Below, piece by piece: positions 39,674 through 49,394 of a stretch of 64,000 bases of DNA (its first letter is position 1; the number at the start of each line of letters is the position of its first letter). The notes beneath the pieces are model-generated. The model was not told the origin of the DNA, did not search any database, and saw only the letters and a program-made list of their open reading frames with translations. The DNA is from Pseudomonadota bacterium (GTDB taxonomy: Bacteria > Pseudomonadota > Alphaproteobacteria > Rhodobacterales > Rhodobacteraceae): assembly GCA_039822045.1 (NCBI GenBank), contig JBCBMY010000021.1, positions 35,298 through 99,297 of the forward strand, read 5' to 3'. A program made the position numbers and the translations under genes.

Positions 39674-41050
39674 GTGGGGCGGCGCGCGACGGGCGCGGAG
39701 GCCTTTGTCGGGCAGACCGCCGCGGATCTCGGGCGCGCGATGGCGCGGGGGGCGCTCGACCCGGTGGCGTTTGCCGAGATCCTGCTGGACAGGATCGATG
39801 AGCAGCCTTCGCCGGTCTTTCTGGCAACGACCCGTGGGCGAGCGCTTAACGAAGCGAGGGCATCGACCCAGCGGCTGGCAGCGGGCCGACCCCTCTCGGC
39901 GCTCGACGGCGTTCCGATCGCCTGGAAAGACCTGTTCGACCTCAGGAGCGAAGTAACGACGGCGGCCTCCGAGATTCGGCAAACGGCACCGCCGGCCGCG
40001 GCCGATGCGCCAGTCGTGGGGCGTGCATCGGCCGCCGGCCTTGTGAGCCTCGGCAAGCTTAACCTGACCGAGTTCGCCTATTCGGGCCTCGGCCTTAACC
40101 CGCATTTCGGCACGCCGATCAACCCGCATGACCCTGAGGTGCCCCGGTCGCCTGGCGGCTCGTCGTCGGGCTGTGGTGTGGCGGTGGCCAGCGCGCTCGT
40201 TCCTATCGCTATCGGGTCGGACACCGGTGGCTCTGTGCGGATCCCGGCGGCATTTAACGGCGTGGTCGGCTACAAGTGTTCGGAAGGCCGGATTGACCGC
40301 ACGGGCGTCTTCGCCTTGTCCCAGACGCTCGACACGATCGGACCTTTGGCGCGAAGCGTCGAGGATTGCGTGCTTGTGGACGCCATACTTCGGGGCGTCG
40401 TCAATCCTGAGGCACGCCCGATCACGCTGCAACATATACGTCTCTTCGTGCCCGAAACGGTCGTCTTGGACGATCTCGACGCTGATGTGAGCAAGAACTT
40501 CGAGGCAGCGCTTGACCGGCTGGAAGCCGAGGGCGCCGTGGTCGCGCGCGGCCCGCTGCCCGAGTTCGCCGAGATGGCCCGGCTCTCCGCCGAAATCGGG
40601 ACGATCACTGCAGCCGAGGCCTATGCCGAGCACCGGGACCTTGTCGACGGTGCCGCTCGATCCCGCATCGACCGCAGAGTCGTGTCTCGGATTGACGCTG
40701 GCAAGAGACTGTCGGCGGCCGATCTGACCGCTCTCCTCCGGGCACGGGAAGCCGCCATGGCGTCGTTGCGCGACAGGCTGGGCGGCGCGCTTTTGGCCAT
40801 GCCGACAACCCCGCTGACGGCCCCCGAAATCGCGCCGCTCGAGGCCGACGACGATCTGTTTCACCGCACCAACCTGAAGGCCCTGCGCAACACGTCGCTC
40901 GGCAACATCCTGAACCTGCCGGGCGTTGCGATCCCCAACGGAACCGATGCCAAAGGCCTGCCGACCAGCTTCCTGCTGTCGGCCTGCGGCGGCGAGGACG
41001 CAAGGCTTCTGGGAGCGGCCCTGAGCACAGAAACAACGATCCGCGGATAA
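39674..41050 (+). CDS. amidase-signature family amidase
   Basis: The GGSSSG and Ser-cisSer-Lys triad context (GSDTGGSVRIPAAFNG) are present. The start is uncertain between GTG 39632, GTG 39674 and ATG 39740. The family N-terminus argues for a start before TAADLG. Confidence 0.8.
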   Translation: MGRRATGAEAFVGQTAADLGRAMARGALDPVAFAEILLDRIDEQPSPVFLATTRGRALNEARASTQRLAAGRPLSALDGVPIAWKDLFDLRSEVTTAASEIRQTAPPAAADAPVVGRASAAGLVSLGKLNLTEFAYSGLGLNPHFGTPINPHDPEVPRSPGGSSSGCGVAVASALVPIAIGSDTGGSVRIPAAFNGVVGYKCSEGRIDRTGVFALSQTLDTIGPLARSVEDCVLVDAILRGVVNPEARPITLQHIRLFVPETVVLDDLDADVSKNFEAALDRLEAEGAVVARGPLPEFAEMARLSAEIGTITAAEAYAEHRDLVDGAARSRIDRRVVSRIDAGKRLSAADLTALLRAREAAMASLRDRLGGALLAMPTTPLTAPEIAPLEADDDLFHRTNLKALRNTSLGNILNLPGVAIPNGTDAKGLPTSFLLSACGGEDARLLGAALSTETTIRG

Positions 41051-41086
41051 GGCGGGCCAAGAGAGTTCAACGAGAGGAAGAAGACC

Positions 41087-43180
41087 ATGATACGTGTCGG
41101 AGTTGATGTTGGGGGGACGTTCACGGACATCGTCCTCGAACGCACGCGGCAGGACGGTGAGGGCGATCAGAAGATCGTCGTTACCAAGGTGCCCTCGACA
41201 CCGCACGATCAGTCCGAAGGGGTGGTGACAGGGGTCCTGCAGGTGTGCTCGCAAGCCGGCGTGTCGCCCGACGAGATCGACGTGCTGTTCCACGGGACGA
41301 CTGTTGCCACGAATATGGTGATTGAGCGCAAGGGCGCCGAGGTGGGCATGCTCACCACGAAGGGCTTTCGCGACATCCTGCACATGGCGCGCCACAAGCG
41401 GCCTCACAATTTCTCGCTGCAATTCGACGTGCCATGGCAGTCGAAGCCGCTTGTCAAACGGCGCAATCGCATCCCCGTGACCGAGCGGCTGATGCCGCCC
41501 ACAGGCGAGATCGAGGTGCCGCTCGACGAAGCGGAGGTGCGGGCAGCGGCAGAGCTGTTCCGGAAGCGTGGGCTCGACGCCGTGATCGTGGGCTTTCTGT
41601 TTTCGTTCCTCAACGATGCCCACGAAAGGCGGGCCGTCGAGATTATCAAAGGGGTGATGCCGGACGCGTTCGTTTGCGCCTCCTCTGAGGTCGTCAACGT
41701 GATCCGGGAATATGAGCGGTTCAGCTCGACCGCGATGAACGCCTATATCGGCCCCAAAACTGCGCTCTATCTGAACAGCCTTGAGGCCCGGCTGCGCAAG
41801 AACGGCATCGCAGCGCCCGTTCGGATCATGCAATCGAACGGCGGGATTTCGACTGTCGAGCAATCGGCCACACGGCCGATCGGCCTTTTGCTGTCGGGCC
41901 CCGCCGGTGGGGTTATCGGCGGCCGATGGACGGGCGATCATTGCGACACGCAGGACGTGATCACCATCGATATCGGCGGCACCTCGGCCGATATCTCGGT
42001 GATCCAGGATGGCGCGTTGCGGGTGAAGAACCCGCGCGACACCGAGGTGGCCGGGCTGCCGGTTCTTGCGCCGATGATCGACATCGACGCAATCGGCGCG
42101 GGCGGGGGCTCGATTGCCTATATCGATGCCGGCGGTGCGTTTCGCGTGGGGCCTCGTTCGGCCGGGGCCGTGCCGGGCCCGGCGTGCTATGGGCGGGGCG
42201 GAACCGAGCCCACTGTCACCGATGCACAGGTGGTCCTCGGCCGGCTCGACCCCGAGCGGTTTCTGGGGGGCGATCTGTCGATCGACAGGGCGCTGGCCGA
42301 GAAAGCCATCAAGGAGCACATCGCCGATCCGCTTGGCATGAGCGTGACCGACGCGGCGCTCGGCATCCTGAAGATCATCAACAACAACATGGCGCTGGCG
42401 ATCAACGCGAACTCGGTTGCCAAGGGCATCGACCCGCGTGGGTTTACGCTCATGGGCTTTGGTGGTGCCGGCCCGCTTCACGCGGTTGCGCTGTCGGAGA
42501 TGATCCAGGCAAAGGCCGTGATCTCGCCCCTCCAGCCCGGCATCACCGCCGCGATGGGCCTGCTCGTGACCGATCTGAAGTACGAGTGTACCCGCTCGGT
42601 GCTGCAGACGCTCAATGACGCCGACGACGACGCGCTGGCCCAGATCAACGCGATTGCCGACGAGCTGACGGCGGAGGCAACCGCACAACTCGAGGCGGAC
42701 GGGATTCCCGAGAGTGCGCGCCACTTCACCAAGGTCATGGAGTGCCGGTATCTTGGCCAGGGCTTTGAGTTGCGCGCCGAGATGCCCGACGGGCCGCTGA
42801 CGCCCGAGAACAAGCAAGCCGTCATCGACAGCTTCTTCGACGTCCACAAGGAAACCTATGGGCATGCGTTCCGCGATCAGATCACGGAAGGCGTCACCTT
42901 GCGGGTCGTGGCCTCGGCAGCGGTCGACACACTGCGGCTGCCCGATCTTGCCACGGGCGGGCGGGCCAACCCGTCCGGCGCACTGCTCTATGAGCGTGAG
43001 ACGGTGTTCGACGATGGCGCGCCCGTGTCCACGCCGCGCTATGACAGGATGCAACTGATCGCCGACGACACCGTGAGCGGGCCGGCCATCATCACACAGC
43101 ACAATTCCACGACCATCGTCCCGCCGGGCTATGCGGCCACGGTTCTGGGGCATGGCGACATGCGGATCGCACGCGCGTGA
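41087..43180 (+). CDS. hyuA: hydantoinase/oxoprolinase A family (HyuA), copy 2
   Basis: MIRVGVDVGGTFTDIV, 697 aa. The RBS is GAGAGGAAG. Confidence 0.85.
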   Translation: MIRVGVDVGGTFTDIVLERTRQDGEGDQKIVVTKVPSTPHDQSEGVVTGVLQVCSQAGVSPDEIDVLFHGTTVATNMVIERKGAEVGMLTTKGFRDILHMARHKRPHNFSLQFDVPWQSKPLVKRRNRIPVTERLMPPTGEIEVPLDEAEVRAAAELFRKRGLDAVIVGFLFSFLNDAHERRAVEIIKGVMPDAFVCASSEVVNVIREYERFSSTAMNAYIGPKTALYLNSLEARLRKNGIAAPVRIMQSNGGISTVEQSATRPIGLLLSGPAGGVIGGRWTGDHCDTQDVITIDIGGTSADISVIQDGALRVKNPRDTEVAGLPVLAPMIDIDAIGAGGGSIAYIDAGGAFRVGPRSAGAVPGPACYGRGGTEPTVTDAQVVLGRLDPERFLGGDLSIDRALAEKAIKEHIADPLGMSVTDAALGILKIINNNMALAINANSVAKGIDPRGFTLMGFGGAGPLHAVALSEMIQAKAVISPLQPGITAAMGLLVTDLKYECTRSVLQTLNDADDDALAQINAIADELTAEATAQLEADGIPESARHFTKVMECRYLGQGFELRAEMPDGPLTPENKQAVIDSFFDVHKETYGHAFRDQITEGVTLRVVASAAVDTLRLPDLATGGRANPSGALLYERETVFDDGAPVSTPRYDRMQLIADDTVSGPAIITQHNSTTIVPPGYAATVLGHGDMRIARA

Positions 43181-43194
43181 AGGAGGACATCACA

Positions 43195-44964
43195 ATGACA
43201 AAGGACCTCGATCCAATTACTCTTCAGGTTGTTGGCGGCGCGCTGCATTCGATCGCCGAGCAGATGGGCAACGTCCTCTACCGGATGAGTTATTCCTCGA
43301 TCATCCGCGAAAGTCAGGACCTTGGCGCCGGGCTTTTTGACACCGAGTACAACACGCTCTGCGAGTCGGACTCGACGCCGATGCATATCGGGTCCCTGCC
43401 CGGCTATTTGCGCGGCATCGAACAGGCCGTGCCACTTGGCGATTGGAAACCCGGCGACTGCGTGATCCACAACCATCCTTACAAGGGCGCCTCGCACTCG
43501 CCCGACATCGCCATCGTGATGCCGGTGTTCCATAAGGGTGAGCTTGTCGGATTTTCGGCCAACACGGCGCACCATGTGGATATCGGGGCGGCCACGCCTG
43601 GGCTGATCATCGACGTTCCCGATGTCTGGGCCGAGGGTATGCTGCTCGACGGGGTGAAGCTCTACAACGAGGGCGTGCGCAACGAAGACCTGTGGAAATA
43701 CATTCGCGACAACACGCGGGTGCCCGGCCTCGTGATGGGTGATCTCGAGGCCCAGGTCGCGTCTGCCGAGTTGGGTGTGCGCCGCTTCGAAGACCTGATC
43801 CAGAAGTACGGCCAGGAGACGGTGATCCAAGCGACAAAGCAGCTGATGGACTACACCGAACGGCGGATGCGGGCCGAGATCGCCAAGATCCCGGACGGCG
43901 AGTATTTCGCCGAGGGCTTTCTCGACGATGATGGCCGCAACCGGGGCAAGACGCTGCCGATCAAAGTGTGCGTCAGGATCAAGGGCGACAGCGCCGAGAT
44001 CGACCTGACAGGGTCGTCGCCGCAGGTGCCCACCGCCTTCAACGTGCCCTTTGACGGCTCCACCAAGGTGGCGGCGTTCTTTGTCTTCCGCGCGATGCTG
44101 CTCGATACCTATACGTCGACCGACGACATTCCGGCCAACGAAGGCTCGTTCCGTCCGATCAGCGTGATCGCGCCGGAAGGATGCATCTTCAATCCGATCG
44201 CACCCGCCGCGGCCGAGGCGCGGTTTTGCCAGATCCAGAGAATGTCGGATCTGGTAATCAAGGCGCTTGCGCCGGTTATTCCCGACAAGGTGACCGCGGG
44301 CAACGCAGCGACCCTGTCCTTTGCCGCCTATTCCGGAGTGCGCCCCAACGGAGACTACTGGGTGTTTCTCGAGGTGAACGAGGCTGCGATGGGCGGTCGC
44401 CCTGCCTCGGACGGGCCGGACACGGTGGAAGAACTGATGCGGAATACCCGCAACAACCCGCTTGAAGACCTCGGCATGCACTTGCCCCTGATCTGCGACC
44501 GCTACGAGGTGCGCGACGATGTTCCGCCGGGCGCGGGCAAGTTCCGCGGCGGGTCCGGCGTGGTGAAGTCACAGCGCTATCTGACGCCCGGTTTCATGAC
44601 CCACGAAAGCGATCGGCACGAAGATGCACCCTGGGGCGTGTTCGGCGGGGGCGAAGGCGCCGTTGGAAAGCTTGAGATCCATAATGTCCACAACGGAGAG
44701 ACCCGGCTGGAATACTCCAAGTTCTCGGGCCTACGGACCGAAATCGGCGATGTCGTGAGCTACTTCTCGCCTTCGGGCGGCGGCTATGGCGACCCGCTCG
44801 ATCGTCCGCCTGAGAAAGTGCTCGACGACGTGCTCGATGGCTTCTTCGGCACCGAGCATGCGCGCGAGGCCTATGGCGTGGTCCTGGCCGAAGTGGACGA
44901 TGGTTATGGCTGGGCGCTCGACAAAGCCGCAACCGAGACGCTGCGACACCAGATGCGCGCCTGA
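43195..44964 (+). CDS. hyuB: hydantoinase B family (HyuB), copy 2
   Basis: MTKDLDPITLQVVGGAL. The ATG at 43195 was chosen because it follows GAAGGAGGA, rather than the GTG at 43177. Confidence 0.85.
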   Translation: MTKDLDPITLQVVGGALHSIAEQMGNVLYRMSYSSIIRESQDLGAGLFDTEYNTLCESDSTPMHIGSLPGYLRGIEQAVPLGDWKPGDCVIHNHPYKGASHSPDIAIVMPVFHKGELVGFSANTAHHVDIGAATPGLIIDVPDVWAEGMLLDGVKLYNEGVRNEDLWKYIRDNTRVPGLVMGDLEAQVASAELGVRRFEDLIQKYGQETVIQATKQLMDYTERRMRAEIAKIPDGEYFAEGFLDDDGRNRGKTLPIKVCVRIKGDSAEIDLTGSSPQVPTAFNVPFDGSTKVAAFFVFRAMLLDTYTSTDDIPANEGSFRPISVIAPEGCIFNPIAPAAAEARFCQIQRMSDLVIKALAPVIPDKVTAGNAATLSFAAYSGVRPNGDYWVFLEVNEAAMGGRPASDGPDTVEELMRNTRNNPLEDLGMHLPLICDRYEVRDDVPPGAGKFRGGSGVVKSQRYLTPGFMTHESDRHEDAPWGVFGGGEGAVGKLEIHNVHNGETRLEYSKFSGLRTEIGDVVSYFSPSGGGYGDPLDRPPEKVLDDVLDGFFGTEHAREAYGVVLAEVDDGYGWALDKAATETLRHQMRA

Positions 44965-45002
44965 CGCCCGTTGGCGCGGCGTCTTAATCAGGGAGCATGA
45001 GG

Positions 45003-45704
45003 ATGGACACACGCGATCTCGACGCAGTTCTGCAGGAGGCCTTCGACGAGAGTACCCGGATCTACAAGGAGCGCGGGTTTCAACGGCGCATCGGATTTGG
45101 CCGCAAGCCTGCGCTCATCTCGGTGGACCTGGCAAACGCCTGGACACGTCCCGGCAATCCGTTCACCTGCGACGGCATCGACGACCGGATCATCCCTGCC
45201 ATGCAGGCCCTCCTTGAGGCCTGTCGTACGCATGGTCACCCGGTGGTGCATATCACGACGGCCTACCAGATTACCGATCGCGCGAACCCCAACTCCGACA
45301 TGGGGCTGTGGCACCACAAGATCCCCGTAGAAGCGGTCGATCTGAAAGACACCGAGCTCTGGGCCATCGACAGCCGCATCGCCCCGGTCGAAGGGGAATG
45401 GGTGATGATGAAAAAGCGCGCCTCGGGCTTCTCAGGCACGCCACTGGCGGGGTATCTTCGGGGGCTCGGGGTCGACACCATCCTGGTTACCGGCGTCACC
45501 GCAACCGCTTGTGTGCGCACGACGATCTGCGACGGGCTGGCCGAGGGCTTTCGCACCATCGCAGTGCGCGAAGCCATTGGCGACCGCGTTCCCGGCGCCG
45601 TGGCGTGGAACCTCTACGACATCGACGCCAAGTTCGCCGATGTCGAGTCGACCGCCGATTGCGTCGCCTACCTTGAAACGGTGAACCGGCGGAACGAGGA
45701 ATGA
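45003..45704 (+). CDS. isochorismatase-family cysteine hydrolase (N-carbamoylsarcosine amidase-like)
   Basis: ALISVDLANAW...ILVTGVTATACVRTT contains the Asp/Lys/Cys catalytic context of isochorismatase-like hydrolases. The ATG at 45003 has better RBS spacing than the one at 44997. Confidence 0.8.
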   Translation: MDTRDLDAVLQEAFDESTRIYKERGFQRRIGFGRKPALISVDLANAWTRPGNPFTCDGIDDRIIPAMQALLEACRTHGHPVVHITTAYQITDRANPNSDMGLWHHKIPVEAVDLKDTELWAIDSRIAPVEGEWVMMKKRASGFSGTPLAGYLRGLGVDTILVTGVTATACVRTTICDGLAEGFRTIAVREAIGDRVPGAVAWNLYDIDAKFADVESTADCVAYLETVNRRNEE

Positions 45705-45747
45705 CCCGGCTCCGATACCGCACGGCGAGTCGACCGGGGCGCAGATC

Positions 45748-46194
45748 GTGGTGACCCCTGTCTGGGCCATGGTGCTGAGCGCTGCCATCGGATTGGCATT
45801 GTCGATGCAACCGGCTGTCAACAGCGCCACGGCATCGGTCCTGACGTCTGCCCCGGCGGCGGCGACCCTATCGCTGACACTTTCGGCGCTGCTGGTTCTG
45901 GCCCTGTTCTTTGCAACGGGTGCCCCCTCAACGGTATCGCAATTGACCAATCTGCCGTGGTGGTCGGTGTTGGGAGGTATCATTGGGGCGATCTTTGTGG
46001 CCGGCAGCACGTTCCTCATCCCGATCAACGGAGCCGCAGTCTTTTTCGTCTGCCTGATTGCCGGCCAACTGGCTGGGGCGGTGCTGATCGATGCGGCCGG
46101 CGCCTTTGGCCTCATGCAGCAAACCATCTCCTTGAAGAAGGTGGCCGGCCTCGCCTTGGCCTTTGCCGGCGTCATGCTCGTTCGGTGGGGCTGA
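45748..46194 (+). CDS. DMT-superfamily small transporter (DUF606/YdcZ-like)
   Basis: Four to five TM helices in about 145 aa. The start is either GTG 45748 or ATG 45769. Confidence 0.6.
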   Translation: MVTPVWAMVLSAAIGLALSMQPAVNSATASVLTSAPAAATLSLTLSALLVLALFFATGAPSTVSQLTNLPWWSVLGGIIGAIFVAGSTFLIPINGAAVFFVCLIAGQLAGAVLIDAAGAFGLMQQTISLKKVAGLALAFAGVMLVRWG

Positions 46195-46225
46195 CACCGC
46201 CCCTGCCCATCCGCCAACCGGAGAA

Positions 46226-47428
46226 ATGGTCATGTTCGAAACAACGTTCTCGCCCCTGTCCCTGGGACCGCTCAATCTCAAGAACCGCCTGATCATGGCG
46301 CCCTTGACTCGTCAGGTTGCGGATGCCGATGGCACACCCACGGCCGAAATGGCGGCCTACTATGCGCGGCGTGCACGGGGCGGGGTCGGGATGATCATCT
46401 CGGAGGGCACGTATGAGATCGATGAGCTTGGCTGCAAAGCCTATCTTTCGCAGCCGGGTATCGCGAACGAGAAGCATGTCGCGGGGTGGAAGTTGACCAC
46501 CGATGCGGTGCATGCCCTCGGGGTCCCGATTATCTGCCAGCTGATGCATGGCGGGCGGGTCACCGACCCGCGGTGCCTCTTCGAAGGCGAAAGCCCGGTC
46601 TCGGCGTCCGACACGCGGTCGGACGGGTGGGTGCTCTATACCGACAGCGACGCGGAGTTTCATGACCGCGGAATAGCTGGCGATTGGCCCAAGGTGACAT
46701 TTCCTCCGGCGCGGGCGCTCTCCGAGGACGAGTTGCACCGGGTGGCAGATGGCTTTGCCGAGGGCGCTGCACGTGCGGTCCAGGCCGGGTTCGACGGGGT
46801 CGAGATTCACGGCGCCAACGGCTATCTCATCTATCAGTTCGTCCACCCGAAGACGAACCTGCGGACCGATGCCTATGGCGGCTCGGCCGAGAACAATGTG
46901 CGCTTCGCCAAACTGGTTTGCCAGAAGGTGCGCGATGCGATCGGCCCGGGGAAGCTCATAACTCTGCGGCTCAGTCAGGACGGGGTCGACGACTTCCTGG
47001 GGGCATGGCAGGGCGGTGTCGCCTATGCGCGGGAGGTTGGCACGGCGCTGGCCGACAGCGCCGCCGATGCGCTGCATTGGTCGAGCTTCAACTGGCAGGA
47101 CAACCGCGACCCCACCTCGGATGTGCCGATGCCCAAGGCGATTGGCGAAGCGAGCGGAAAGCCAATGCTTGTGAATGGCGGGATCATGGATGGCGTAACG
47201 AGCGAAGCGGTGTTCGAGGCCGGCGCGGGAGACGCGGCGGTGGTGGGGCGCCCCCTCTTCGCGCATCCGGACTGGCCCCACATCATCCGCTCAGGCATGC
47301 CCTACGACTGGGCCGAGTTCGACCGCAAGTACGTGATCCACGCGCCGGTCGACCTGGCCGTCGCCTACCCGGCCGACCGCCGGGTGCCCAACTGGGACCC
47401 CGACACAGAGAAGCGTCGCGCCGTCTAA
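46226..47428 (+). CDS. Old Yellow Enzyme family NADH:flavin oxidoreductase (ene-reductase)
   Basis: OYE motifs MAPLTR..A, HGANGYLI.QF and AYGGS are present. The RBS is GGAGAA. Confidence 0.85.
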   Translation: MVMFETTFSPLSLGPLNLKNRLIMAPLTRQVADADGTPTAEMAAYYARRARGGVGMIISEGTYEIDELGCKAYLSQPGIANEKHVAGWKLTTDAVHALGVPIICQLMHGGRVTDPRCLFEGESPVSASDTRSDGWVLYTDSDAEFHDRGIAGDWPKVTFPPARALSEDELHRVADGFAEGAARAVQAGFDGVEIHGANGYLIYQFVHPKTNLRTDAYGGSAENNVRFAKLVCQKVRDAIGPGKLITLRLSQDGVDDFLGAWQGGVAYAREVGTALADSAADALHWSSFNWQDNRDPTSDVPMPKAIGEASGKPMLVNGGIMDGVTSEAVFEAGAGDAAVVGRPLFAHPDWPHIIRSGMPYDWAEFDRKYVIHAPVDLAVAYPADRRVPNWDPDTEKRRAV

Positions 47429-47738
47429 ACCGGCTCGCGCCCTTTGGGGCGTGTCCCGAGCTAATCTCACGAAGGCTCGGTTTCGGGGCCCCGATGTCAG
47501 TCTGCCGCGGTCGCGGCCCCGGGGGTGACTCTATGGATCGACGGTTGCGATACCTGACATGACCTCGTGGTCGCTCTCGGCCTGTTGCAGGCAAGATGCG
47601 GGATGAGGCAGCAATCGGCCATCGTCGGACGCGCGCAGCAACAAAATCGATCCGCCTGCCCTTGCGCAAGAAGCAACTCGTCGAACGCTGCTGGGTAGAG
47701 CGGGCGGGCTGTAGCCGGCTTGCGGCACCATACAGCGG

Positions 47739-48398
47739 TTACTCTTCGGCGTCTGGAAGGGTTTTCACGACGGAGTCGAAGCCCTGGGCCATGTGATCGT
47801 CAATGTGGCCGAGCATGCGGTCGAGGTCTGCACCCTGTGCCAGGCTCCAGTACTCGGTCGTCATCGCACCGAAGACGCCATGCGCGCCGTGGAGGTTGTG
47901 GTGCAGCGACATGTAGATCCGGACGAGCGAGGAGAGCCGCGCCCAGTGACGCTGCAGAAGGCCATGCCCTGACGTATCGTAGACCCAGCTATGAAACGCG
48001 ATTTCGCGCTCAATAGCGCGCGCCTGATCTCCGATCTTGCGCGTGGCCATAAGCTGGTCGTAGCGCCCGTCGAGATCGGCGAAAGCTGCGGCATCGCGCA
48101 GAGGCCAAGTGAGTGTGAACGCGAACTTCTCGAGTGCGCTGCGCATCGAGTAGAGCTCTTTCAGATCCGTTCTGGATACCGGGCGGACGCGGAGACCCTT
48201 GTAGGGTTGGCTGACGAGGATGCCCTGGTCGACTAGTTCCCTTAGGGCTTCGCGCAGCGGCGCGCGGCTGACCTGAAGCTGCTCCGCCAAAGACGGCTCG
48301 GTGAGTTTTGCACCCGGCGCGACCCTGCCCGACAAGACCATATCGAGGATCCGCTGGTGGACCTGGGCGCGCAACGTTCGGTCTTCGACGGGGTGCAA
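47739..48398 (-). CDS. GntR-family (FadR/FCD) transcriptional regulator
   Basis: TLRAQVHQRILDMVLSGRVAPGAKLTEPSLAEQLQVSRAPLREAL is a GntR HTH. A TTG at 48398 is the proposed start because the family N-terminus requires residues upstream of the ATG at 48341. Confidence 0.65.
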   Translation of the reverse strand: MHPVEDRTLRAQVHQRILDMVLSGRVAPGAKLTEPSLAEQLQVSRAPLREALRELVDQGILVSQPYKGLRVRPVSRTDLKELYSMRSALEKFAFTLTWPLRDAAAFADLDGRYDQLMATRKIGDQARAIEREIAFHSWVYDTSGHGLLQRHWARLSSLVRIYMSLHHNLHGAHGVFGAMTTEYWSLAQGADLDRMLGHIDDHMAQGFDSVVKTLPDAEE

Positions 48399-48415
48399 CC
48401 TGGCAACGGGCTGGG

Positions 48416-49339
48416 TCAAGGCCGGCTTGCCTCGATGAGCGACGTATAGAGACTGCGAATCCGGTGAAAGACCGGGCCCGCGACCCCCCCGCCTATGGTC
48501 CGGCCATCGATATCGAAGACGGGGGTTTGGGCGCCGAACGTTCCGGTCAGGAAGGCTTCGTCGGCTCCGTACGCGTCGACCAACGAGAAGTTCCGCTCGA
48601 ACACGGGAATGCCGTCGGCCCGGCAGACATCGATAACTTTCTGCCGCGTGATCCCATTCATGCAGTAATCGCCCGTCGACGTCCAAACCTCTCCCGTGCG
48701 GACGATGAAGAAGTTGCAGGCGTTTGTGGTGTTCACGAAGCCGAACGGATCGAGCATCAGCGCCTCGTCTGCCCCTGCCTGCACGGCGTGGTTCAGGGCG
48801 ATGATGCAGTTGAGCTTGGAATGGGAGTTGAGTTTGGCGTCCTGCGTGAGGGGCAGGCCGCGATGATGCGGTACGGTGCCCAAGCGGATGCCACGGGTCA
48901 GCACACTCTCGTCGGGCTTCGAATGCTCGGCGATGATAACGATGGTTGGACCGTAGATGCTGAGATGCGGGTGCTGGAACGGCTTTTTCTTGCGTCCGCG
49001 CGTCACCATCAGGCGGATATGGGCGTCGCTGACCATCCCGTTTGCCTCGAGCGTGGCGTGGATAGCGCGGGTGAGCTCTTCGCGCGACTGGCCGATGTCG
49101 AGCCCGATATAAAGCGCAGCCTCGTAAAGCCGGTCGAGATGATCGGCGAGAAATGGGATATGGCCGTCGTAGAGGCGCAAGCCCTCCCACACGCCGTCGC
49201 CCAGCATGAAGCCGGAATCGTAGACCGACACCTTAGCCTCGTCGCGGTGAACGAGATCGCCGTCGACATGGATCAGGATGTCGTCGTTGCGGTCGTCGGC
49301 AGCGGCGTCGTGGGTCGAGACGTGGGTGTCAGGGGCCAT
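48416..49339 (-). CDS. class IV aminotransferase (branched-chain / D-amino-acid aminotransferase family)
   Basis: Fold-type IV motifs GDGVWEGLR, E.TRAI. and NFFIV are present. 307 aa. Confidence 0.8.
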   Translation of the reverse strand: MAPDTHVSTHDAAADDRNDDILIHVDGDLVHRDEAKVSVYDSGFMLGDGVWEGLRLYDGHIPFLADHLDRLYEAALYIGLDIGQSREELTRAIHATLEANGMVSDAHIRLMVTRGRKKKPFQHPHLSIYGPTIVIIAEHSKPDESVLTRGIRLGTVPHHRGLPLTQDAKLNSHSKLNCIIALNHAVQAGADEALMLDPFGFVNTTNACNFFIVRTGEVWTSTGDYCMNGITRQKVIDVCRADGIPVFERNFSLVDAYGADEAFLTGTFGAQTPVFDIDGRTIGGGVAGPVFHRIRSLYTSLIEASRP

Positions 49340-49394
49340 GCGTGAGGTCCAGATTGGGCAGCGGCCGCTCGGTGCGGCCGCTGGCAGTGAATAG

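Noticed and set aside
39626-43153. A 1175-aa minus-strand ORF spanning the amidase and hydantoinase A genes.
   Set aside because: It is Arg/Gly/Pro-rich with no domain-like segments. It is an antisense artefact of high-GC coding sequence. The plus-strand genes have RBSs and clear family signatures.
47429-47738. A possible terminator or ncRNA in the spacer after the OYE gene.
   Set aside because: An imperfect hairpin CGCGCCC-tttg-GGGCGTG is present but has no U-tract, so it was not called.
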